This document shows, piece after piece, positions 24,770 to 35,348 of a stretch of DNA of 64,000 nucleotides. A program made the position numbers and the translations under genes. This stretch comes from Octopus vulgaris (lineage: Eukaryota), in assembly GCA_951406725.2 (NCBI GenBank), contig OX597817.1:52452001-52516000 (forward strand), in the 5' to 3' direction. The number at the start of each line of letters is the position of its first letter. Position 1 is the first letter of the stretch. The notes under the pieces were generated by a model. It was not told the DNA's origin and searched no databases. It saw only the letters and a program-made list of their open reading frames with translations.

Positions 24770-25185
24770 GGCGAGCTGGCAGAAACGTTAGCACGCCGGG
24801 CGAAATGCTTAGCGGTATTTCGTCTGCGGCTATGTTCTGAGTTCAAATTCCGCCGAGGTCGACTTTGGCTTTCATCCTTTCGGGGTCGATTAAATAAGTA
24901 CCAGTTACGCACTGGGGCCGATATAATCGACTTAATCCGTGTGTCTGTCCTTGTTTGTCTCCTCTGTGTTTAGCCCCTTGTGGGTAGTAAAGAAATAGGT
25001 ATTTCGTCTGCGGCTATGTTCTGAGTTCAAATTCCGCCGAGGTCGACTTTGGCTTTCATCCTTTCGGGGTCGATTAAATAAGTACCAGTTACGCACTGGG
25101 GTCGATATAATCGACTTAATCCGTGTGTCTGTCCTTGTTTGTCCCCTCTGTGTGTAGCCCCTTGTGGGCAGTAAAGAAATAGGTA
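24770..25185 (+). mobile_element. SINE family A, head plus two tandem ~165-bp units
   Basis: Unit GGTATTTCGTCTG...AAAGAAATA repeated almost identically. Confidence 0.8.
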
Positions 25186-25371
25186 TCTGCCATGATAGCA
25201 ATTTTGCTTGGCTTGATGGGTCTTCTCAAGAACGGCATAATGCCAAAGGTCTCAGTCATTGCCCCCTCGATACCCATCAGAAAGTATATTCATTTCCGAA
25301 TAGTTGTACCCTTCTATGCTGCACAAAATATATGTGTAGTGATGTTGTAGGAGCCGGTGAAGGCAAAGGCG

Positions 25372-28097
25372 TGTAGTGACGCTATATAGCGGCGCGCGCG
25401 CGCACCGTCCATTTTCTATCTCGCGCGTGCGAGTGTTGGTGCCTTCACCAAGGCACAGAAAGGAAGGGCCCTCTCGCGCATGCGCGAACCACCGGAAGCA
25501 CGACCCTGGCCAAGGCAGGGGTATCGTAGAACGTTTGACCACTAGCAGCAGTCAGCGGGGACTTTGAGACATGGCTATCGAAGGCAACGGTCACGTATAT
25601 TCTCTCTCCGTCAGGACTTGATTCTAGCAGCAGTCGGCCGAATGCCTTTAACCAAATTGTTGCCGACCACATTCAACTTCCCTGTTCGACGCCATCTTGA
25701 ACCCGTTCTGGTTTCAGCGGCTGAATATTGTAAATATTACAATCGATTAACTTTCAGCTTTGCGCGCCCCGAACCAAGGACATCAGATAACACACTTATT
25801 GTTACTGTTACCAAGAAAGAGAATAAAGTAGTATATATATATTTTACGTCTGCGTCTTGTTGTTTCTGACTGGTAGAATTCTAGATTATTAAAGCAACGG
25901 CTAGTGATTGCTTTCTTGTACCCCGAAAGTACAAGAGAAGATATTCACACTCGCTAAGTTTGTTACAGTGGTGACCTCCCGACGTGATTCTGGTCTAAAA
26001 CCAGAGATCACTTAACAACAAAAAAATCCAGTTTTTCTGCGAAGTCGGAACACGATTAACTCTACGCATTCATCTTTCGACGATTTGTTTCCGGCCACCA
26101 CAAACAGTTGTAGAAGGAGCCTCTTTCTTATTCTACAGCCAATATGACGGACGCCATCATATATTCGATGCCTTTTCTCCACCTTCGTCATCGCCATCGT
26201 CGTTTTTCTACTTCACGTCGTCGCTATTTTCGTCGCCATCATCACTAAGAACCATGTTGTCTCAAGTCCACTACAGTCGCCTTTCAACACCGTCGACCTC
26301 CACAAGATGTACATAGCAACTCGCGGAACTTTAGCGTGCACGCTGTTTTGTGCATATGCACACCAAGGATAAACAGCACCGTCTATCTACGAGATTCTTC
26401 TGTTCCAGTTAACCTGTCACAGCATCGAAGCCACAACCGTTACACGATATGTGTTCAACCGGCATCTGCATTTTGTGATTTCAACATTTCTGTTACAGAA
26501 CGAACTGCTATTGTGCTTCAGGCTATTATAGACTGGTAAACTAACTCCATTGTCTGAAATAGCCTTGAGAGACATTTTTTTTCTATGCGCTGTATTTTTT
26601 GTATTTTGCTCGCATTCACCTTGTATGTATTTCTGTCGCACACACGTACACACACATAAATGCTATCTCTCACATACATACGTCACACATGCTTTTCTCG
26701 CTTGTTTTTTCCATGCTAAATTTGCCTTTTGTGGACACCCCTCATTTCTATAGACCCTAGGTCGGTCACGTATACATAGAGAGGGTTGTTTGTCCATTGT
26801 AACGCGCCAGCATGCCATACCTTTGTTCCTGTACGAACGAGGCATAAATCGCTCAACCACTGGCATATTCTTGCTGTTTTTTTGGTCTGGCAAGCACTAT
26901 TGCATTTCATGCGCCTTTTGCTTCGCACGTGTATTGCCTTGTTTTTTGCAACACGTTTGCGTTAGCCTAATTCTTTTCCCGACTCATAGAATGTCGGATG
27001 TTCACATGCGCTGCGCCTATGTATGGGCGTAATTATTTTTCCCTGTTAGACCACTGTTGGTCACGTAATTAACAGAAAATTATCTGTGTCGCGCATCACA
27101 CCAGCATGCTTGCACTTTTGCCTTTTGTGTTACTAGCGAGCTTCTGCCAATTCCATTTCCTCTCCTGCAGCAATTGATTTAACTGTTATTTTGCAGGATC
27201 AACCACCTTTAGAGAAGTTGGATTTTAATTTCGTTTAGGTTCATTAACTGTGAGTTTTGCTTTCCCTCCGCTCCTTTCAGCGGAAGGGTTTATACTTTGT
27301 GACGTATACACTTTCATGCATGCACTCTTGATTTTTGCTCATTGAGTATTTTTTCTCTTTTTCCTTTAGTAAATTTCTTGTGTATGTTGTAAATTTTGCC
27401 ATTATATTATTGTGTGCTATTTGGTTATCTGGTGTCCACCTTGAGTTTTGCAGTCACTACAATAAGTTTCCTTTCGTGCGTACGCACTGGAGGGGAGCCT
27501 TGTAGTGTGCTATATAGCGGCGCGCGCGCGCACCGTCCATTTTCTATCTCGCGCGTGCGAGTGTTGGTGCCTTCACCAAGGCACAGAAAGGAAGGGCCCT
27601 CTCGCGCATGCGCGAACCACCGGAAGCACGACCCTGGCCAAGGCAGGGGTATCGTAGAACGTTTGACCACTAGCAGCAGTCAGCGGGGACTTTGAGACAT
27701 GGCTATCGAAGGCAACGGTCACGTATATTCTCTCTCCGTCAGGACTTGATTCTAGCAGCAGTCGGCCGAATGCCTTTAACCAAATTGTTGCCGACCACAT
27801 TCAACTTCCCTGTTCGACGCCATCTTGAACCCGTTCTGGTTTCAGCGGCTGAATATTGTAAATATTACAATCGATTAACTTTCAGCTTTGCGCGCCCCGA
27901 ACCAAGGACATCAGATAACACACTTATTGTTACTGTTACCAAGAAAGAGAATAAAGTAGTATATATATATTTTACGTCTGCGTCTTGTTGTTTCTGACTG
28001 GTAGAATTCTGGATTATTAAAGCAACGGCTAGTGATTGCTTTCTTGTACCCCGAAAGTACAAGAGAAGATATTCACACTCACTCTAAGTTCGTTACA
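25372..28097 (+). mobile_element. young non-autonomous LTR retrotransposon (TRIM/LARD-like), nested
   Basis: Near-identical LTRs 25372-25967 and 27501-28097; tRNA-Trp-type PBS TGGTGACC(TC)CCGACGTGAT at 25969; PPT GGAGGGGAG 27489-27497; TSD GGCG (25368-25371, 28098-28101); 1533-bp internal region with no recognisable gag/pol ORF. Confidence 0.92.
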
Positions 28098-28208
28098 GGC
28101 GTCTGTGCAGGTGAAGGTGTTTGTGCAGGTGAAGGCGTTTGTGCAGGTGAAGGTGTTGTTAAAGGGGCATAGGTGGGTGCGTCAAGGTTGTCATCAAAAG
28201 ATGAAGAC

Positions 28209-28589
28209 GACTCTGTGAAGGGCCCACTTGTTTCTCCCTATAAAGGACCTTTCCGTGTGCTTTCTCGCACACCAAAGGTTTTCACGATTGAGATAAATGG
28301 TCGTTCGGAGACCGTTTCCGTGGACCGTTTAAAAAAAGCACATTTTGAGACGTCTTCATCTTTTGATGACAACCTTGACGCACCCACCTATGCACCTTTA
28401 ACAACACCTTCACCTGCACAAACGCCTTCACCTGCACAAACACCTTCACCTGCACAGACGCCTTTGCCTTCACCGGCTCCTACAACACCACCCTCGCCGT
28501 CAACGGGTGCCCCGAGCACACCGTATGTTACAAAATCGGGCAGAACAGTGCATTGGCCCAAGAAACTTTCAAAAACAATCTACATTTAA
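28209..28589 (+). pseudogene. Gypsy integrase C-terminal fragment
   Basis: DSVKGPLVSPYKGPFRVLSRTPKVFTIEINGRSETVSVDRLKKAH (GPY/F module) plus Pro/Thr-rich tail and VTKSGRTV. Confidence 0.85.
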
Positions 28590-29367
28590 CTTTCTTTCAA
28601 ATTTTTCTTGTTTTGTATGATATTATGTACCAAGTCTTCTGGGGGATCGGCAAGCCATCTGTTTTTCTGTAGCACCACCACAAATTTTCTTGTTGTCGTA
28701 CTTTCGCACTCGAGGGGAGCCTTGTAGTGATGCTACTGTGTAGGGTTCAGCGCGCATGCGCAGAATGGGACTACTTCCGGGTGGCCACCGGAAGTCTTCC
28801 CCATGCGCATGTGCGGGAAACGTTCCCTTAGGCCCGCCAAACTCAAATCCCTCTCTCTGGCAAGTCAGCCAACGCGATCGGACGTACATTTCGCAGGCTC
28901 TGATAAACTCACCGACTTAGCCGCCAACGACCATCGAACCTCTTCAACAAAACGAACAAGAAGCTGTACATCAGAGGCTGTCCTTCTCCCATCAGACACA
29001 CGTACGCCATCGCAATAAATAAACGAACTGCTGTCTTTTACCTACAACCTGACTTCGTCTGTATTGTCTTACAAAATTTGTATGTGACTGGATCGGATCG
29101 ACACCCTTTCAGTGAATCGATAACCCATCCTGTTACATATGTTTTTTCATAAATGAAAAAGAAAGAAATGTTTTGATGGTCTTTTCCATCCAGTTGTGTT
29201 TGATTTTCGAAGCATTTGTTTAGAATCAAGTCTAATACTTATAATTTAATATTTCCATTTATTAATAATTAGTCTAGTGTTTAATGAATAAATGAAAATC
29301 TTAATCTCTATCCCTCAGTTTATGGCCTTCCTAGACTGAGGAATAACGGTTTAGTTTATGCTTAGTG

Positions 29368-29702
29368 AAGGCACATGTCTCAGTGGTTAGAGCGTCGAAC
29401 TTACGACCGTGAGGTTGTGAGTTCAAGTCCCGTACCGGGTTGCGTGTTGTGTTCTTGAGCAAGACACTTTATTTCACGTTGTTCCATTTTACTCACCTGT
29501 AGAAATGAGTTGCGACGTCACTGGTGCCAAGCCGTATTGGCCCCTTTGCTTTTCCCTTGGATAGCTTTGGTGGATTGGAGAGGGAAGGCTGGTATGCATG
29601 GGTGATTGCTGGTCTTCCATAAGCAACCTTGCTCGGACTTGTGCCTCGAAGGGTAACTTTCTAGGTGCAATCCCATGGTCATTCGTGACTGAAGGGGGTC
29701 TC
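29368..29702 (+). mobile_element. tRNA-derived SINE family D
   Basis: tRNA head then TTGTGTTCTTGAGCAAGACACTTTA domain; second copy at ~15330-15650. Confidence 0.7.
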
Positions 29703-30196
29703 CGAGTTTGAATTCCTGAAGGTTTGTAGTTGGGTAGAATATGAGGTCAAAACAGAAAGTGTCACCTCATGCATGAATCAAGATGAAGCATAATAGGGAT
29801 AGCATTATGAGAAAAGGCAGAGTCTACTAACTGGGGTTTAGACTTTAGAGGATGATAGTGTACCGTTACAGATGTATGAGCTGTGTTCTTGTCTAGAGAA
29901 TGCCTGTACCTTGTATAGAATCAGCAACTGTTCAGAATTGAATATATTTTCTGACGGGCCTCATGGAGGCAATGACTGAGACCTTTGGTATTATGTTTTG
30001 CTTGAGAAGAAGACCCATGAAACTTGAGCAAAAGCGCAGTCGTGACAGATATCGATGTCACGCAATTTGGAGCTCATGCCGGTGGCACATAAACGCACCC
30101 TGGTGTCAGGCAAATGGCACCCATGCCGGTGGTATGTAAAAGCACCCATTACACTCTGTAAAGTGGTTGGCATTAGGAAGGGAATCCAGCTGTAAA

Positions 30197-30289
30197 AACA
30201 CAACGTTTCGGCTGATATACCCTCCAGCCTTCATCAAGTGTCTTGGGGAAATTTCGAACCTGGGTTCTCATTCCTAAGGTATTTTTCGA

Positions 30290-30363
<74 letters not shown>

Positions 30364-30523
30364 TCACTGCCTGGAATCGAATTCGGAATCTTGGGGTTGG
30401 TAGCCCGCGCTTTTAACCAAGACACCTGATGAAGGCTGGAGGGTATATCAGCTGAAACGTTGTGTTAACAACAAACAAGATGAGGACAAATATCCGTCAA
30501 GTGTAAACAAGGTAAATAATGTA
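30197..30523. mobile_element. HHR-SINE inverted pair
   Basis: Minus copy 30197-30419 joined through CCA microhomology to a plus copy 30417-30523; HHR duplicated. Confidence 0.75.
30421..30466 (+). ncRNA. minimal type I hammerhead ribozyme (best-preserved SINE copy)
   Basis: GACAC-CTGATGA-A-GGCTG-GAGGGTATAT-CAGCT-GAAA-CGTT-GTGTT: stem I GACAC/GTGTT, stem II GGCTG/CAGCY, loop-less palindromic stem III (AACGTT). Confidence 0.65.
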
Positions 30524-30966
30524 GACAAAATATTTATTTCTTTATTTCTTCACTACCCACAAGGTGCTAAACACAGAGGGGACAAACAAGGACAGACAAA
30601 CGGATTAAGTCGATTATATCGACCTCAGTGCGTAACTGGTACTTATTTGACCCTGAAAGGATGAAAGGCAAAGTCGACCTTGGCAGAATTTGAACTCAGA
30701 ACGTAACGGCAGCCGAAATATTGCTAAGTATTTCGCCCGGCGTGCTAACGACTCTGCTAGCTCGCCGCATTACTACTACTACTGCTGCTGCCGTTACCAC
30801 TATTGTTGCTACTACTTTTACCAATGCTATAAAGTAGTAGAGATGATGATAGTTGTAGTAATGGCACAACAAGTGGCAGGCGTAAATTTGAGAAACTTCA
30901 AGCGGTTGAATTAAAATAAAGTAGGGGAAATGAGTTCGATATAAAGTTGCCTGATGATTAAATGGG

Positions 30967-31158
30967 GATCTTTTCCTGTTGAACGGCAGATTTCAACACA
31001 ATTTCTAGTTAACTAACACTTTAAAACTTCGTATAATTTTCTCATTAAAGCCAAGAAAAAATGATGTTTTATAGACACATTCTACCAGTATACGAAGTTT
31101 AAAAGTGTTTAGTTAACTAGAAATTGTGTTGACATCTGCCGTTCAAAAGGAAAAGATC
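30967..31158. mobile_element. long-TIR MITE / fold-back element upstream of GSR exon 1
   Basis: ~68-bp imperfect inverted repeats GATCTTTTCCTGTTGAACGGCAGA...AAACTTCGTATA. Confidence 0.7.
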
Positions 31159-31599
31159 AAAGATATATTTTTGAAAAATCACATCACTGTCTGTCTGGGT
31201 TGACCAGACATCCAGCACCCTTGCAATTGAAACCAAATACGTTTTGTTCGGCTGTGATTGAGTAAAGCCATAAAGGCCTTCTAACTGTGTATTTTAATCA
31301 GACAGTAAATCTGGGACCACATTATCAAATAGCTTCTTCCCTTCTTAACTCATTTGTCTATGCTTGGCGAGCAACTAGAAATTGGTTAGCCTCAAACCCT
31401 GATCGAGAACATCATCCTGTCTATACGACAGGTTGTAATTTGCGGGGAGATTTGGTTGCTATTTCTAGCATGTTTAGCCATCACATTGGCATCATCATCG
31501 TCGTCATCAGATTTTAAAGAGTTCCATATCAAGGGACATAATTCACAATATATTTACCTTCGGAATTTCAATTCGCCCACGAGGCAAGAACAACAACAA

Positions 31600-31670
31600 T
31601 TTATCCGGCAAGTAACGACAGCAACAGCTGTTTATCCGGCAAGCGAGTACAACGGCACTTTATCCGGCAA
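31600..31670 (+). promoter_or_regulatory. three copies of TTTATCCGGCAA directly upstream of the putative GSR start codon
   Basis: Exact 12-mers at 31600-31611, 31631-31642 and 31659-31670 with dissimilar spacers; function inferred. Confidence 0.45.
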
Positions 31671-31685
31671 TGCAGGTGCTTCTAC
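31670..31685 (+). CDS. GSR: glutathione reductase, putative 16-nt coding exon 1 (start of mitochondrial presequence)
   Basis: ATG CAG GTG CTT CTA C followed by a perfect GTAAGT donor. Phase 1 matches the open phase-1 acceptor at 42169, giving [36 protein letters not shown]. Lies in non-repetitive, CpG-retaining sequence. Confidence 0.7.
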
Positions 31686-33798
31686 GTAAGTTACTGCTAT
31701 ATATTTGTTACTACTACATAAGTTGAATGTTAGAATAAGACATCCTTAAGTTTATCGAAGCATCATTAATATGTTCTGAATCTGTTGCTAGGCCATATAT
31801 AGCTTTGGTATTGTCGGCAAATCTACGAAGTTTTTTGTTTTTAGCCATTATCACTAAATCGAAGGAACAGGAGGCTTCTTTGGTTACTTTTTATGGAAAA
31901 GAAATTTTATAAAACAAAATATTTGCCTATCTATCAGTTATATATTCCAAAGGGTAGTTGTCATCGTTGTTAGTGCTCGGTTAATCCTCATTTGGCAGAC
32001 CTATAACCAAAGGTGTTCCAGCCATGACCGACCTGTCTTTTTGTTGGGCGTTGCGTATATTCAGTGTGTTCCTCGTTTTTCAAGATAATGTCCTTTAAAA
32101 AGAAATTTAGCTGTTATTTCTTGCAAGTTGAACGACAATGCAAAGGTTCGTCTTTAAATATCTTAAAAACCGGATTTTACACTGAGATAACCAATAAATA
32201 CAAGGTCAGGCTTCCTCAGAAATATTTTCCCATATCCAGGACAATAAATAACTACACATACACACTTAAGGAAAGAGTTAAACTTTATATTCAAGTGTTT
32301 GTGTCGCAGGCAATTTCATATTTTACATTTCAGTTCACCTACAACAGCTACATTTAAGAAGTTACGCCATCACCACCCGCTTTCCATGCTGCCATGGCTT
32401 GAACGGTTTCGTTAGAGCTGCCAAGCTGGTGAGCTGCACCAAGTTCCAGTTGTGTATTTTAGCTTGGTTTCTACGGTTGGATGCCCTTCCTAGCGCCATC
32501 CACTTTACAAAGTGTACCGGGTGCTTTTCCCATGGCACCGACACGGGTGTTTTTTTTACTTGGCACCGGTATAGGTGCATTAAGGCGGCGAGCTGGCAGA
32601 AACGTTAGCACGGCGGACGAAATGCTTAGCGGTATTTCGTCTGCCGCTACGTTCTGAGTTCAAATTCCGCCGAGGTCGACTTTACCTTTCATCCTTTCGG
32701 GGTCGATAAATTAAGTACCGTTTACACACTGGGGTCGATGTAATCGACTTAATACCTTTGTCTGTCCTTGTTTGTCCCCTCTATGCTTAGCCCTTGTGGG
32801 TAATAAAGAAATAGTTATTTCGTCTGCCGTTACGTTCTGAGTTCAAATTCCGCCAAGGTCGACGTTGCCTTTCATCCTTTCGGGTTAGATTAAATAAGTA
32901 GCAGTTACACACTGGGGTCGATATAATCGACTTAATACCTTTGTCTGTCCTTGTTTGTCCCTTCTGTGTTTAGCCCCTTTTTGGTAGTAAAGAAATAGGT
33001 ATAGGTGCTTTTTATGTGGCACCAGCACAGGTGCTTTTTGCACAGCACTGGCTCAGGTGCTTTTCATATGACACTGGCACCAACTTAATAGTAAACAATA
33101 TTAATTTGCTATTATGGATTCTCACCTGTTGATAAGAAGGCTTCTGTAATTTAAAGGCCTCTATTTTGCCCAAGAATGTGTGCTTGTTAGTGACTCGGAT
33201 ATTGACACCATCCTGCACACCATAATATCAAATTTAGTTATGTCCCTTCTTATTCAAAGTTCAACTACTTCACAAGGTTGGCTTTGCTTGTCATTTGTCA
33301 TGGGAATAAAATAAGTGCTTGTTATTTACCAGGGTTACTACCCTGTACCCGTGTTGGAAATTAATTTTTCAATGAACACTGCCCTCCCCCTCACTCCCTT
33401 GAAATATTAAGTCTTGTGTATACACACCAAACTCTGTTTATTTCATGTAATTCTTTACTCATTTCTCTTGTCAGTTAAAAATATTTTGAGTTTATTATAC
33501 AGTCCTTCTACATTCTGATGTTATTCTTTAACACTAGGTCAGCTCTGATCCAGCTGACCTATGATTATAGGCATACCAATCCTGACAATTCTATCTGGTA
33601 CTTTTTTTTTTCAAGCTTGGTATATCTAGCATTACATTATCTAATAACAAGCGCTGGTGCCTTATATATATATATACACAATGGGCTTCTTTCAGTTTTC
33701 ATTTACCGGATTCACTCACAAGGCTTTAATATTGCTCCAGGCAATTATAGAAGACACTTGCTCAAGGTGCCATGCAGTGGTACTAAACTTGGAACCAT

Positions 33799-33916
33799 AA
33801 AACTCACCTGGTCCAGACACCGGTAGGATTGACAGATTGATAGCGCATTCTTGATTCTGTGGGCAGTGGTGCATGGCTGTTCTTAGTTGGTGGAGCAATC
33901 TGCCTGGTTGATTCTG
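33799..33916 (+). pseudogene. 18S rRNA fragment (~120 nt, decayed)
   Basis: Matches the conserved eukaryotic SSU segment AGGATTGACAGATTGATAGC...GTGGTGCATGGCCGTTCTTAGTTGGTGGAGCG with CpG-type transitions; no flanking rDNA. Confidence 0.85.
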
Positions 33917-33921
33917 GTTTT

Positions 33922-33958
<37 letters not shown>

Positions 33959-35061
33959 CACACACACACACACACACATATAAAGAAGCAAAGTGAGAGA
34001 GAAAGAAAAGGAAGCATGGCAAAAAAGAACCTGAAGATGAGGGAGGGGAGTGTGGAAAAAGTGGGGGTGTATTTTAATGATCAGTTTTTCTCTTGCTCAC
34101 TTCCCTTTACATATATATATGTATATATATTTGGGGTGTACATATGTGTGTGTCCATGAATGCATATATGCTTATACACGCACACAGATCACAGATACAC
34201 ACAAACACTAAACGAAGTGTATTATATAGAAGATACTGTATCTTTTTGTTCCAAAAAATAGTGAAATTCATAATCTTTGTTATTTCTTCTATAGGATAAT
34301 GTGATAAAAAATTGTGAAAACCATAAGCAGAACAAAAAAAATGTGTGGGTGTGGATAGACAATGGCCTTTATTATAGATGTGGCTCTCTTCCTCTCTCTC
34401 TCTCTCTCTCATCATCATCATTGTTTAACGTCTATTTTCTATGCTGGCATGGGTTGGACGGTTTGACTGGGGACTGGCAAGCCAGGAGGCCGCACCAGGC
34501 TCCAATCTGATCTGGCAACGTTTCTACAGCTGGATGCCCTTCCTAACGCCAATTACTCTGAGAATGAAGGGGGTGCTTTTTATGTGCCACCGGCACGGGA
34601 GCCAGTCAAGTGGCACTGGTATCGGCCATGTTCAGATGGTGCTTTTTACGTGCTTCGGGCGCAGGAGCCAGTCGGGGTGGTGGGGGATGGCATTGGCCAT
34701 GTTTGGACAGTGCTTTGTACATTCTACCGGCATGAGGAGCCAGTCAGGCTGCAACTGGCAATGACCCATGTATGGATGGTGCTTATTGCGTGCCACCAGC
34801 ATGGAAGCCAACCAGGTGGCACTGGCATCGGTCACAACTATAATTTCCATTTTTGATTGTGATTTTGATATATATATTCTTTTATTCTTTTACTTGTTTC
34901 AGTCATTTGACAGCGGTCATGCTGGAGCACCACCTTTAGTCAAACAAATCAATCCTAGGACTTATTCTTTTGTAAGCCCAGTACTTATTCTATTGGTTTC
35001 TTTTGCTGAACCACTAAGTTACTGGAGGATGTAAACACACCAACATCGGTTGTCAAGCAAT

Positions 35062-35348
35062 GTACTTACTTGTACTTGTGACAGCATTCACTCAGGGTGG
35101 GTTAAGCTGGCTTCTTCTCTGGTCCTAACAGCATCACGAACCATGGTGGCCCACGCACGACGGTCCTGTGTGAGGTCACTGGAGATAGCGAATCATTAAC
35201 GGTTCCATCTGCGCAGACTGACCACCTGCGGATCTGAGAGTTCGGAGAGGTCCTTCTTTATTGTCGTTGCCCAGGTCTTCAGCTGCCTGCCCATGTATTT
35301 GCACCAGCTGGGAAGTGGAGGTGGGAGGAGGACATCGCGAATCTACGA
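35062..35348 (-). mobile_element. LINE 3' end, same family as 47124-47490
   Basis: Reverse-complement homology to 47220-47490; 11-bp TSD tgtcaagcaat (35051-35061, 35349-35359) splitting a SINE. Confidence 0.75.

Larger units (their letters stand above)
25335..29137 (+). mobile_element. rearranged Ty3/Gypsy LTR retrotransposon remnant (outer element)
   Basis: TSD TATG (25331-25334, 29138-29141); only ~10 nt of 5' LTR (TGTAGTGATG); inverted integrase-tail piece; forward integrase C-terminus; PPT 28712-28719; 3' LTR 28723-29137 (TG...CA). Confidence 0.8.

Noticed and set aside
25252-27997. Duplicated ORFs of 75-101 aa in the ORF track
   Set aside because: They lie in the two identical LTRs and have no recognisable domain.
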